Source: Octopus bimaculoides (lineage: Eukaryota). Taken from it: a DNA stretch of 64,000 nt. Positions 1-12,522 of the stretch are shown here, piece by piece. The position numbers and the translations under genes were made by a program. The stretch lies in NCBI RefSeq assembly GCF_001194135.2, contig NC_068994.1:47847873-47911872 (forward strand), in the 5' to 3' direction. Below the pieces are notes generated by a model that saw nothing but the letters and a program-made list of their open reading frames with translations, did no database searches and was not told the origin of the DNA. Within the stretch, counting starts at the first letter, position 1. The number at the start of each line of letters is the position of its first letter.

Positions 1-18
1 CACACACACACACACACG

Positions 19-51
<33 letters not shown>

Positions 52-57
52 ACACAC
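1..57. repeat. (CA)n microsatellite
   Basis: Direct dinucleotide run with a few CG interruptions. Confidence 0.95.
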
Positions 58-269
58 AAAGCGAAATAAAACAAGAGAGTTTGTTTATAAAATACTTATT
101 TACGTCATCTTACGCGAGATTTATTAACACTGAAAAATTGTGTTTAAGGAAAACCTTCTGAGCAGATTGCTTTGTCAAATCTTCAGAGATCGCGTAACTC
201 TCGTTAGTAACCTTTTAGTATTCATACTGGACTGCCTACGGTGTGACATACATACATACATACATACAT

Positions 270-960
270 CACTGCCATCATCAGATTTGATCCACTCTCA
301 GTAGGTTGACTACCGAGGATTGTATTATCCTTATATATTTACTGTATTTTAAATCTGTCCAAATTTTTTAATACTATCCATCCATGTAATTGTTAGTTTT
401 TCTCTCACTCTTTTCCCATTCATTTTGCCTTCTGCTAACAGTCTCTTTAATCTATTCTTTCGAAAACATTTTTGTTTCTTCTCTTCAATAGTGTCTATTA
501 ATATATTCTTAGTTTTTACCGTTCTTAGTATTTCGTCATTGGTTTTTGTGTTACGTCTGTTATTCTCAAAAAGTTTCTATATGCACACATCTGATAGTAT
601 TTTTGTTAATGTCTAAGTTTCCGCTCCATATTGTAGAATGGACGGTATATAATGCTTTAATAATCTTTCTTCTGGTTTCGATATTAATGCTGTTTTGATG
701 TCAGTATGTTTAATATTTTTTCAAATGACTTTCTAGCTATCGCAATACGTCTTTTGATTTCTACTTCACATTTCCCGTTTTCTGATTGCACATATCCCAG
801 ATTTATTATTTTTGGCGACCATTGTTTCTTACTCACTACCATCGATTATATTTTCTTCACGTTCGTTTCAATTCTGTTTGGCAGTACTTTTCTATTTCAT
901 TATCAAAGAAACCAAAATCTAAGAATGCGCAGAGTTGAGAACCAAAAGTCTAATGAACGA
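270..960 (-). mobile_element. RTE-clade LINE, degraded 3' ORF remnant
   Basis: Minus strand reads SILQYGAET*TL, the typical RTE C-terminal (LYGxETWTL) motif; many stops; boundaries approximate. Confidence 0.65.
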
Positions 961-1063
961 GTCATGTAGCTAAACTACTATGCATGCATACATACATGTG
1001 TGTGTGTGGGGGGGGGGTGCGTTGTCCAATGAATTTTCAGATGTCGGAAAAGTCAGGCACTCG

Positions 1064-1147
1064 TATTCATGTTACCGAACGGTTTCATGTTGATGAACCT
1101 TCCAAGTATGGAAAGATAACCGAACAATCATCAGGCATAGCTGAATA
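1064..1147 (-). ncRNA. Degenerate type I hammerhead ribozyme fold
   Basis: Minus strand has CUGAUGA (1134-1128), stem II UGUU/AACA with an internal hairpin, then GAAA, stem III ACC-GUUC-GGU and a GUA cleavage triplet (A at 1073). Stem I is partial (AUG/CAU plus UAUUC/GAAUA). The 10.1-11.1 pair is U-U instead of G-C. Confidence 0.5.
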
Positions 1148-1421
1148 GAAAAATATACTTCACTTTCTACCTTTCAAATCTTGGAAGGATTTTCAAGATG
1201 AAATTGTACGATAATATAAATTGGCAGTTATATACATACATGCATGCATATATGTGCGTGCATGCGTGTGTGCATGTGTGTGTATATGTGTGTGTATTTA
1301 TGTATAGCCGAATTAGCCCATCATTTACTCCACAAATGTTTTGTTGTCAGTGCTGCACTTTCCCATATCACCTGTTTCAACATAACTATAATATATTATA
1401 TACAAACTATGCCATTTTAAT

Positions 1422-1448
1422 CCCGAGCAACGCCGGGTGTCTCTGCTA

Positions 1449-1450
<2 letters not shown>
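1422..1450 (+). mobile_element. Helitron-type 3' terminus (GC hairpin + CTAG|T)
   Basis: CCCGAGCAACGCCGGG hairpin followed 8 nt later by CTAG and a T, abutting an (AT)n run. Confidence 0.55.
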
Positions 1451-1490
<40 letters not shown>

Positions 1491-1833
1491 CAAATAATAA
1501 ATGAGTATATGGATATATACGTACAGGTATGTGCATACCTACGTCTACCTGTATATATAGGTGCATATCTGGGTACAGCGCGCACACAGACACACACATG
1601 TACACCTTCAGTATATACTGAGTACATTTTCACTCAGTTTGCATATCTAGAGCATGTAATATGTACGTGCGTGTAGTGACCCTCATGCAATGAGGTGAAA
1701 GATTATTCGTTCAGCGCTTTTAACGGTTTATTGTCCCAATGAGAGAGCAGTACTTCTCAGCCCAGTCATTCACTGGCTATATAATCGAGAATTCAAAACG
1801 TACACACACACATAGATATATATATATACATTT

Positions 1834-1869
<36 letters not shown>

Positions 1870-2326
1870 TCGCAACCAGAACAGAAACCGACAGAATCGA
1901 TCGCTGTCTACTCTTGTTTCAACTAGTTTTAATACAATATACATTTCAGTTGAACGAAACATCGATTTGCCGTATTGTGATTCCGCCAGGTTACTTAATC
2001 ATGTATGTTGATTTCCTTTCTTTTATCTCGATTATCTCAACAATATTTTCCGCTCACATTATATGTGTGACCTAAAAGAACTTTACATCAAGAGCGTACG
2101 TATAATGCTCTTCTACAACACATTTAACTTAAACCTTACATTTTTATGAACACTGCTATTGCTACCTTTCTCTGCATGAATTACTTACTGTGTCATTATT
2201 CAAACCTGTATTTTTACAAATTTTTGGTGGAAATAAGCACGTGCTGTACAACTTCGTTGAATTAAACTACCACTTGAACCAGAAAAGAAATTACGCGAGC
2301 GCACACACACATACACATACACACAC

Positions 2327-2640
2327 ATAGGCGTAGATTGTATGGTAAGAAGCTTGCTTCTCAACCACATGGTTCCGTGTTCAGTCCTTATAGACGGAAA
2401 CTGTAAAAAGCTCGACAAAAATGTACGTGTGTCTTTATGTCTGCGTTTGTCCATTACCCCCCCCCCCAACCAGTATTGGTGTACTTATGCCCCTGTAACT
2501 TAGCGGTGGCAAAAGAGACCGGTAGAATAAGTATCAGGCTAAAAAGAATAAGTGCTGATGTCGATTCATTTGACTAGAAATCCTTCAAGGTGGTACCCCA
2601 GCATGGTCACAGTCTAATGACATGAAACAAGCAAAATAGC
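2327..2640 (+). mobile_element. tRNA-derived SINE family A, internally deleted
   Basis: tRNA-like head (..GGTTCCGTGTTCAGTCC) and the family-A tail (TAACTTAGCGG..AAGAGACCG.TAGAATAAGTA..CAGCATGG) shared with many copies in the window. Confidence 0.8.
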
Positions 2641-2855
2641 ACTAAAACTAGATGCGTTAGAACACAGAATACTGACTTATTTACCACGAGAGCACCTTTT
2701 GTATGTGCTTGTGGTGCATATAAGCACTCGTGTTTATATCGGTGACAGACGATAATTGTCCACTGCGGCCGCCAGAACTGTCAGATCACGTGATTTCGCC
2801 TTTGCTTACACTTCTCTATGGCAGACGTCCGGCTCGACCGGGCGTCATGAAACTA

Positions 2856-2910
<55 letters not shown>

Positions 2911-2934
2911 CATTATTATTATCATTATTATCTG

Positions 2935-3130
2935 GACTTTCCTCTGTCTCCTGTTTCGGGAGAAGAGCTTTGCTCGAAACGTAAAACTACCTTACTTACA
3001 TACATACATACGTACGTACGTACGCACGGACGGACGGACGCACGCACGCACGCACGTTTATGTATTTGCTTTCCATGATTCTTGATACAAACGAGGAACA
3101 GAAAGTCTTTGAACAGGTCACAGAATGTGT
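2935..3130 (+). mobile_element. Penelope-like terminal repeat fragment with minimal hammerhead-like motif (2953-2987)
   Basis: GTTT-CGGGAGA-A-GAGC-TTT-GCTC-GAAAC-GTA-AAAC; the same motif family occurs at 27152 and 47087. Confidence 0.5.
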
Positions 3131-3469
3131 GATGAAAGAATCCTGACAAATAAACGAATGATAATGATAAAGCTAAAGTGAAGATCAAATAAATAATGCG
3201 TGTGTTTATTGGCAAAATGACCATCTCCAAATATAACAATATATACATATAGTTGTCCAATAAGTTTTCATGAATCAGATAAAAGCAGGCACTCATATAT
3301 TAGATAATAGAGTATGTATATTATTGTGCGATTGGACTCAGATTTGTTCTTATTCCTAATAGAATTTATGTGAGTAACAGTTACTGCCTGTAACTTTATA
3401 TCTCCACAAGCTTTCAATAATCTTTCAAGTACTCAAAACTTTTCTGATAATCTTTCCTGTCCCTTAGAG

Positions 3470-4060
3470 GCAAACTTTCTGTAGAAACTCTACAGAATAT
3501 TTCATTCAAATCTCCTTCAACCATTTCTCTATACTTTTACACACGGTTCTTAATGCATCAATTATTACAGGCGTAACCTTTCCAGTTTTCATACTCCAAA
3601 TTCTCGCAATTTCAAATTTTATGGGATTGCATTTATTTAACTTTTCATCTTGTTCCTTTACAATCCTACGATCAAACGGACATGATAGATCAATTAGTAA
3701 GTAACTTCGCTTTTCGTTGTCAATTATTGTTATGTCTGGTTTATTGTTTTCTAGCTTCTTATCCATTTGAATAGGAAAATCCCATAAAATCTTGCATTTC
3801 TCCGACTCAGGCACTCTATCAACCCGATGATCATACGAGATACTTCCAGCTTAAAATCCTCATCTCTGACAAAGCTTCCAGTGCAAAACTTTCACAACTT
3901 GGTCATGTCTCCATTTCTTATATTCTCCCTGGGCCAATTTTGGACATTCTGCAACAATGCATGCCATTGTTTCATCCCAAATTCCACACACTCACCATTT
4001 TGCTGACATCTACCTATACACATATTTCCTCAAATTGTTTGCTTTTAACTCTAGATCTTG
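3470..4060 (-). mobile_element. R4/Dong-type (RLE) non-LTR retrotransposon 3' fragment
   Basis: ORF 3506-3814 reads ILWDFPIQMDKKLENNKPDITIIDNEKRSYLLID..EK (PD..D..K restriction-like endonuclease). It is preceded by CCHC-like ETMACIVAECPKLAQGEYKKWRHD. Confidence 0.8.
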
Positions 4061-4099
4061 AGCTGCTATGTTGTTGTTTTTGTTGTTGTTGTTGTTGAT

Positions 4100-4232
4100 T
4101 CAAATTCCGCCGAGGTCAGCTTTGTTTTTCATCTTTTCGGGGTCGATAAAATAAGTACCAGTTGAACACTGGGATCGGTGTTATCAATTTACCCCCTCCC
4201 CTGAAATTGCTGGCCTTCTTCCAAAATTTGAA
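4100..4232 (+). mobile_element. SINE family B, 3' part
   Basis: TTCAAATTCCGCCGAGGTCAGCTTTG..TTCGGGGTCGATAAAATAAGTACCAG, matching copies at 39725 and 50870. Confidence 0.75.
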
Positions 4233-4355
4233 ATTATCATCATCATCATCATCATTATCATCATTATTATTATTAATATTGTTATTATTATTTCCTCTGC
4301 CCTAGGTATTGGGAAGACACTTGGGAAGAAATGGAAACAAAATTGAAGAAAGAAG

Positions 4356-4395
<40 letters not shown>

Positions 4396-4624
4396 CAACA
4401 ACAACAAGAGCACTCAGAGAGCGCAAACCTCTGCCAAGGCAACACCAATGTTCTCTCAATGATTAGCCAGAGATGATTTTTAAAATGAGAATATCTGAAA
4501 TAAACTCGACTGCTCTCACAAACGAGAATACTAAGAATGAACCCAACTGCTTTCAAAAATTAAGTAAAAAAAAAAAAAACAGAACAATAATCCAGAATCC
4601 TTGTCCAGTACCTGATCGATCCCA

Positions 4625-4915
4625 ATGGTAGTAATGGAATGTGAAGGTGGGTGTGCGGGCCGTGTTTGTAATGTTGTGTGTGTGTGTTGTCTGCAGTGGG
4701 AACAGAGACAGTTTTCTCTATGAAGGCTTTTTTTTAGTCTATCCACTGATGTAGTGTCTTTATGACTATTAAGGTCTATAGTGAAAAATGTATCCGTGCG
4801 TGAAAGAAAACGGAAAGGACCTGCATACGGTGCTGTTAACGGAGGTTTAACAACATCGTTGCGCAAAAAAAAACGCGAGTCCAAGAAGTAAAGCTTCCTT
4901 CAAGGCAGAGCTAAA
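4625..4915 (-). mobile_element. Ty3/Gypsy integrase C-terminal fragment
   Basis: FLRNDVVKPPLTAPYAGPFRFLSRTDTFFTIDLNSHKDTTSVDRLKK matches the GPF/Y and SIDRLKPA motifs of Gypsy integrase tails. Confidence 0.75.
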
Positions 4916-5429
4916 AATGCAATTCTTGAGATATCTTGTCCACAGACGAACAAACACGACTGAAAGCAATACTTTCGCCTCTGCTAAGGCTGAGGTAATA
5001 ATCACAGTAGCATATTTGTGATAGAGATGTCACTGCTCTCTGGTTGTGCAAAGGAGACTGTTCCTAGACAGACTAAAACTATAAATATTGATTATTAAAT
5101 GAGTAAACTTTTTAAAAATTTAATGGGTGAAATTCAGTATGAAATTCAATTAATTGCTGATAGACATGCAAGAGTCACTGTACCTTTCAACCTGAATATA
5201 TATATATTTACACACAAACACACGCGCTAACCAGTGATGATATTAAACGATATGCTGTTATGCTAACAAAGTCTATATGATATGCCAACAAAGTGCATGT
5301 ATATTAAAGTCAGGTAAACTAAGCAGCGAAAATGAATGTTTAAAACTTGAAACATAAACACTTTTGAGAATTGAGGCCATTTCAGTAATACAATAAAAAA
5401 TAAATTTTGTAACTCCAAAACCCTTGTGG

Positions 5430-5760
5430 ATAATGATATACATTATAGGGTAAAATGGTAAAGTCCCTGCTTCAGTCATGAATGACCATGGGATTGCACC
5501 CAGAAAGTTACTCTCAAGGGACAAGTCACCATGCATACCAGCCTCCCATCTCCATGTCTCTGATGTTACCCAAGGGAAAGGCAAAGGCCGATTACAGCAT
5601 GGTACCAGTGACATCACAACTCATTTCTACAGTTGAGTGAACTGGAGCTATATGAAATAAAGTGTCTTGCTCAAGAACACAACACAACGCGGTCCAAGAA
5701 TCGAACTCACTATCTCATGATTGTGAGCCCGATGCTCTAACCACTGAGTCATGCATCTTA
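5430..5760 (-). mobile_element. SINE family C (tRNA head + CORE-like segment)
   Basis: Minus strand head CTCAGTGGTTAGAGCATC..GAGTTCGATTC followed by TTCTTGAGCAAGACACTTTATTTCA..CTGTAGAAATGAGT. Confidence 0.75.
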
Positions 5761-7074
5761 TATACATACGCATGTACACACACACATACACATGCTTGGA
5801 CATTATCGATTACACATACTCAATATAGGTGTTTTGTTTGTTTGCCAGTTTGCTGCAGTATAGCGATTGGGGAAGACTCCCTCATAACGCTGGGTGTTAA
5901 AATACCTGAAAGTCATAGACAGGTGAGACAACTCACCTCCCATCAAATTGTGGAGTGATGGATACCAATATTTCACCATTTTTGTGGCTTATCAACATCA
6001 CATGCCTGAATCGAACCGGGGACGAATCAAATTGCCAGTCTATGACTATATGTAAATAGTGTAAAAACTATTTGCTGAAGTGCCACGACGATGCATGTGT
6101 AAGATTGAATTCAATAATGAATTAAAAGCAGTGTTAGTATTGTAATCATTATTGATTGCACATAATGTATGTGTTTTGTTTGTTCACAGGATGCATTGTA
6201 TGTATGTATGTATGTATGCACAAAGAAACAAAAAAGTACAAAGTCAGTGTATAACGCAAAGAAGAAAATGAAGGGAAAGGAAGAGATTTTGACGTTTCAG
6301 ATAATTTGTCTTTTCTCAAGAGAGATACAGAAAGAAGAATGGAAAATAATTTGTCGGAGCGAAAATGTATTCTTTACTGAAGTAGCACAGTGAATAATGA
6401 TGAAATGAAGGTGATGGAGATTATATGGTTTCTGGCTGAAGAAATTGTGTTGAGTGATGATTACAGTCGGTTATGCACTGAAAGAGTTGGATGTGCAGTT
6501 TCTCCTATGAATAATATACCCCCAAAGTTGGCCTCTGATGTAATAAATTACATTTTATGGAGTGCAACTGAAGCGAACAATGAATAGAATATGAACCTCG
6601 GTCTGTGCAGGGTGTAATGCCCCTGACAGTATGAAAAAGTGTAAACATGCAAACGAACAAAATTGGACATGGGAAGGATGAAGAAAACTGTGAACCAGAA
6701 ATTTGCACAGTTTGGAGTCGTGCCTAAAAGAGGAGGGAAGTTACATAAATTGGTACATTGGAGTGTCTGGTGGCAAGATCGATAGTTAGAGGAAGAGAAT
6801 GCACCGGGTGGGGCAGTAGGTATGTGACATATATATATATTTATATTTCTGTTATATTGGTGCGCTACGGTGGATTATTTAAGACTTGGCTCTTATTTCT
6901 AGCAGGTAGATGCTCATTAAGCATCATTACGATATTTCATAGCTCCTTAAAGCTATCATAACTGCGTTCCACCAATGCTACTACTGGTGATATCATCAAA
7001 TTTTGAATTTATCCACAGATGATATGAACAGTAGTGACACCTAACTTCAAATCTCAGTGTTTGAATATTTCATT

Positions 7075-7107
<33 letters not shown>

Positions 7108-7111
<4 letters not shown>

Positions 7112-7425
7112 AGCTTCTTCCAGTTTTCATCTACCAAATCCACTCACAAGGCTTTGGTCAGCTCGAGGCTATAGTAGAAGACACTTATCCAAGGTGTCAT
7201 GCAGCGGGACTGAACTCAGAACCATGTCATCAAGAAGCAAGCTTTTTACCACATAGCCATGTCTGAAATTTTGGGACAAGTCCAGCAAGTTCTTATTTTA
7301 TCGACTCCGAAAGGATCAAAGATAAACTCGACCTCAGCGAAATTTGAACTCAGAACGTAAAGACAGACAAAATACTGGTAAGCAATTTTTTTTCTTGGTG
7401 TACTAACAATTCTGCCAGCTTGCCA
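7108..7425 (-). mobile_element. Adjacent SINE A 5' half and SINE B fragment
   Basis: Sequence similarity to other A and B copies in the window. Confidence 0.75.
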
Positions 7426-7779
7426 AATATGGTAATATTAATCGCTAGAGGCAGTTATCTCTAGTCAACATCGCCAAATATTATTTGCCTGTGGTTTTGA
7501 CTTTCAAACTTAATCATTCCCGGTTCGAATTTGCGAAAGACTATCTACTTGCTCTCTTTCTTTCTTTCTCTCTCTCTCAAAATAAATGTCAGCTACCACG
7601 ATTCCATACACAGTCCAAACGAATTATTTGTAGCGCAAGCTGATCACATCCTTTTGAACAAGTCTCTTTTTATAAATAAGGCAGTATAGTTTTCCAAAGT
7701 ATACAAACAAACATAGTTTTTCTGTGGCAATGATGTATAGAAAAATTAAAAACAGTGAACATTCTCCCTAGAAGGCGGC

Positions 7780-8213
7780 TTGTTTACTCAGAGTGCACCA
7801 ATGAAATTTATTGCTTTTGTTGTCACAAATTTCTTTTGGCTTCTCAGATAAGTCATTTTTTTAAAGAAAAATCTGCAATTAATGACTGGAATCATGCTCT
7901 GAATTAGATATTGCGGAAGAATTATTTCCTGGAGATGTAAAACTTCCTTTAGAATCCGTTAGAGTTATTCAGCAGCAAAGGATGCCATGCCAAATCTGTG
8001 GGTTGCATTATGAATAATGTCTATGATATCTGTAACTGTGACCATTGGAGGGGGAGAAGCTTTAGTTTTCTAAAGGTTATCAATACATATTTGCTGTTGT
8101 CCATGGCAATTCTTGAGCAATTTTTATCAATAGAAAATGAAATTCTAAAGAAGACAGTCTCAGAAAATAATATGAACATATTTGCAAATCTAAAATCAAG
8201 AAAACTGTTTTAG
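7780..8213 (+). mobile_element. hAT transposase C-terminal dimerisation domain remnant
   Basis: Frameshifted MPNLWVAL..ERSFSFLKVINTYL..SIENEILKK..FANLKSRKLF resembles the hATC consensus FPNL.IAL..ERSFSKLKLIKNYLRS..SIE..FA..KARK. Confidence 0.75.
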
Positions 8214-8226
8214 TTTAGAGAAAGTA

Positions 8227-9486
8227 CAAGATGCATGAGATATTTGAGGACAGATTTATGTTTATAAAAAAAAACATATATAATAACAGATAATAACTTT
8301 ATTTATCAAAAAATACTATGAGGATTAAAATAAACCTTCTTTTCTATAATGTTATTCAATAAAACCACCTTCAGCTTCATCAACTGCTTCTATATCAGAT
8401 CTAAATCATTTACATGCTCAAATTAAGTGGTCCTGGTTCATTGTGGACATTACTCCGACTATGGCTGCTTTCAAAGAATCTTTGGTGTTATGAACGTGTT
8501 CATTGACCTCTCTCAACAACGCTCCACATATAATAGTCCAATGGATTGAGATCTGGGGAATTAGGAGGCCAAATGTTAGGGGTTATGTGATCATGAAAAT
8601 TTTCAGCCATCCATTCCTGTGTTGCTAGAGCCATGTGTGATAGTGGAGAGTCTTCCTGAAACACATATGGCCTTCCATTGTATTCACTGCCTATCCAGGT
8701 CTTAACAATTATTTCCAGGACCTCAATGTGGGCGGCAGAGTTAACTCTAAGGCCTTGTGGAAAGAAGTAAGGAGGCATCACATGTCCTTCATTGCTGGCA
8801 ACCCCTAAAACCATGACAGTTGCAGGAAATTTTGGATGTATAACACTTGGAACTTCAGAAGGGTCTGCACATAGCCATCTGTCATTTCTTCTGTTAACTT
8901 TTTGATCTTAGTCGAAGTTTTTCTCATTTGAGAAAAACCAAATCAAATCTTCTGCTGTATTTTTTAATTTGTTTAAGAGCCTTTTAGATCTGATGTAGCG
9001 ATTTTCTTTTGCTTTTACTAAGAAATTGACCTTTCCTCATCATATAAGACTTATATCTGATGTCTTCATGGACAACATTTCTGACTGTTCCTTCCGACAC
9101 ATGGATATCTTTTGCAATTGACCTCATGGACTCTCTGGGATTGTAATCAATGGTCTGTTGAACTTGCTGGATAAATTCAATTGTTCTGATGATTTCAGAG
9201 CATTTAGAATGCTTTTTATGCTTTGATACTGGTGATACGTTTCCATATTCAGTCTCTAACTCCTTACAAACTTTGTAGAAGAAAGATCTGGCAACTTTTA
9301 AAACTTGAGATATTTCTAAATCACTATGTTCAGCCTTTATAACCACAATAACAGCATGCCTCTTCATTTCTTGAGCAAGCTGAGGATCTGCCATTATTAT
9401 TTTCTGAAACAAAGATTATATAGAGTTAGCAAAACATGCAGCAATGACCCAAAAAAGATATGCCCTCAAATACTTTATGCACCCTG
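8227..9486 (-). mobile_element. Full-length Tc1/mariner DD37D (maT) transposon, inactivated
   Basis: Imperfect ~31-bp TIRs (CAAGATGCATGAGATATTTGAGGACAGATTT vs reverse complement of the right end CAGGGTGCATAAAGTATTTGAGGGCATATCT), TA on both flanks (8225-6, 9487-8), and 37 residues between the 2nd and 3rd catalytic D (FQED..WPPNSPDLNPLD). Confidence 0.92.
8352..9412 (-). pseudogene. maT transposase pseudogene
   Basis: Joins ORFs 8984-9412 and 8500-8814. It has two frameshifts, a stop at 8908-8910, two probable CGA>TGA stops near the C-terminus, and the first catalytic D reads N (WFFSNEKNF). Confidence 0.88.
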
Positions 9487-9847
9487 TATATTGTTCAACG
9501 CATTCATTTCATCATCATCATATATATATATATATATATATANNNNNNNNNNNNNNNNNNNNNNNNNNNNNNNNNNNNNNNNNNNNNNNNNNNNNNNNNN
9601 NNNNNNNNNNNNNNNNNNNNNNNNNNNNNNNNNNNNNNNNNNNNNNNNNNNNNNNNNNNNNNNNNNNNNNNNNNNNNNNNNNNNNNNNNNNNNNNNNNNN
9701 NNNNNNNNNNNNNNNNNNNNNNNNNNNNNNNNNNNNNNNNNNNNNNNNNNNNNNNNNNNNNNNNNNNNNNTATATATATAAATATATATATATATATGTC
9801 AATATGTGTGTGTATGTATGTATGCATGTATGTAAATATAGGTATGC

Positions 9848-9883
<36 letters not shown>

Positions 9884-10674
9884 ATAATATAGATAATATA
9901 TATATATGCATATATACATACATACATGTATAGATGTAAGTATGTACATATGCATATGTATGTATGTTTGTATGTATGCATGAATCAAGAAATTTTCAAT
10001 TGTTGTTAATTCGGTTAATTTTGTGGAGACAAAATATATTTTTGTAATGCTTCATATGTCAACTTGGCTCTCCGGGATTTCGTGTCAAAAAGTTAGACTT
10101 ACACACGACCGAAAGCACACGCCCATTACACTTTCACAGATAGATATTTCAATATAAGCACGCACGTACGTAGACTGTAACGTATTTGAAATATGTAGGA
10201 GTGAAGAAGTCACTAATATATACACGTGTGTGTGTGTGTGTTATATCATCAGAATAGCTAAATAATTTAGTCACTGCTCGGGAAGCTAGTAGGGGAGGTG
10301 GGGGGGGGGGCGACCAGATGACATTAACTACTTGAATGAATGAAAGCTGTATTTTGGCGGACACTGAAGGATGTAGAAAAACTGATGTCTTTTACACATT
10401 ATGGAAACGTTTAATTTTTCTCTCTCCTCTCTGTCTCTCTCTCTCTCTTTGCCTCACCGACTTCTCTCCTTGTTTATTTCTAATGCCCCTCACGCATGCA
10501 TCCATCTATGTATGTATGTGTGTGTGTGTGTGTGTCTATACACATATATGTCATATAAATACATACGTGTCTATGTGTGTATATGTATATATAGATATAT
10601 AATATATGTATGCGTATATATATATTTATATAATATATATGCATATATATATATGTGTGTGTGTATATATATAT

Positions 10675-11073
10675 ATTCTTTTACTCTTTTACCCTTTTAC
10701 TTGTTTCAGTCATTTGACAGTGGCCATGCTGGAGCACCGCCTTTAGTCGAGTAAATCGACCCCAGGACTTATTCTTTGGATGCCTAGTACTTATTCTATC
10801 GGTCTATTTTGCCGAACCGCTAAGTTATGGAGACGTAAACACACCACCATTGGTTGTCAAGCGATGTTGGGGGGGGACAAACACAGACATACATATATAT
10901 ACTTATATACGACAGGCTTCTTTCAGTTTCCGTCTACCAAATCCACTCACAAGGCTTTGGTCGGCCCAAGGCTATAGTAGAAGACACTTGCCCAAGGTGC
11001 CACGCAGTGGGACTGAACCCAGAACCATGTGGTTGGTAAGCCAGCTACTTTCCACACAGCCACTCCTGCGCCT
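10675..11073 (-). mobile_element. SINE family A, full length
   Basis: tRNA-like head at the right end, CORE-like GCACCTTGGGCAAGTGTCTT, internal (AT/CA)n, tail ending in (GTAAAAGA)n. Confidence 0.9.
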
Positions 11074-11089
11074 ATTATTATATATATAT

Positions 11090-11420
11090 ATATAATAATA
11101 CAAATAATATGTGAGTATATGCATATATACGTACGTGTATGTACATACCTACATCTACATGTATATATAGATGCATATCTGGGTACAGGACATCACAAAA
11201 AAAACGTGGACAAAATGAAAAACTGGAACATAAACAAAGCACAGAAAACAAACTTTTTTTCGGACAACGGTAGGAACACACAGGAAAACAGACAAGCCAC
11301 ATAGAGAACATTTCTTTCATCAGCTGCCCCTATTCTAAACTAAGCGTTTCGAAGAGTTAGGGCAGGACGCATTGTTAGAATAGCTCTTCCCGCAAAGCAA
11401 ATTAAATAAAATTTGTGATG
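11090..11420 (-). mobile_element. Dispersed repeat, probably Penelope-associated
   Basis: 11100-11190 is near-identical to 1495-1575; it also carries CTGATGA..CCGAAA and CTCTTCGAAACG motifs on the minus strand. Confidence 0.45.
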
Positions 11421-11942
11421 CGATATATATATATATATATATATACATACTTACACATACGCACACACACACACACACATATAATGCATGTATACAACCA
11501 CCCACATGGCCAAAACCTTGAATAAAGCTGCATAGATACGTCTACAATGGGTGAATATATACTACAACTGAACCAACTGAATGCGCATAAATCCTACATC
11601 AAAGGACATTAGGACACTTATGCAACAGAAACACGTGTCGGGATTGAAATCTCACGTGAATGTAATGTGAATAGTACTGCGATAAAAAAAGTTTTCAAGT
11701 CCTGCATCGATCTATCTATCTATCTATCTATCTTCTACATATTTCAGTGCAGGCATGTTGGGGCACCATCTTGAAAGGTTTAAGCGAACAAATCGACCCC
11801 AGCACTTATTTCTTGAAGCCTAGTACTTATTCTATCTGTCTCTTTTGCCGAACCTCTAAGTTACTGGGATGTAACATCATGTATGTATTCATGTAATTTG
11901 TGTCTGTCTGTGTGCATATGCATACATTTCTCTCTCTTTCTC

Positions 11943-11982
<40 letters not shown>

Positions 11983-12230
11983 TCTCTCTCACTCTCTCAT
12001 TCTCTCTCCCTCTCTCTCTGTATTTAATTATACATACATATATGCATATATATGTGTACACACGCATAAGTGTGCATGTGTGTGCGTGCGTGTGTATGTG
12101 TGTGTAATAGCTGCATCCATGTCTATCATTTATAAGGGAATATCAGTGTCCGTACGCGAAGACACGCTCATATATACAGCTGTTGTTTGTTTTGAGATTT
12201 CTTTTTTCGTGGGTTGAATAATATTAATGC

Positions 12231-12266
<36 letters not shown>

Positions 12267-12522
12267 ACACATGTATATTGTGTAATATATTTTATACGAA
12301 TATACCTTTGCCTATAAAAGAGAATAACGTGTACGGTTAGATTCTCAGAGCATTTAGAAGAAAAAGAATAGGACAACATCATGTCATGTTGGTCCTGCTC
12401 CCAGCTATAATCTTTTCATAAATGTCAAATATACTACTGAACTGGAATCAATCCAACACTCATGCGTCAAGAAGATTGCCATTATACAGTAACTGAACTA
12501 CAGAGGGAGTCTAAAGTTTTAA

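Noticed and set aside
11245-11330. CTGATGA...CCGAAA on the minus strand as another hammerhead
   Set aside because: Stem II closing pair and stem I do not form in this copy; too degenerate to call.
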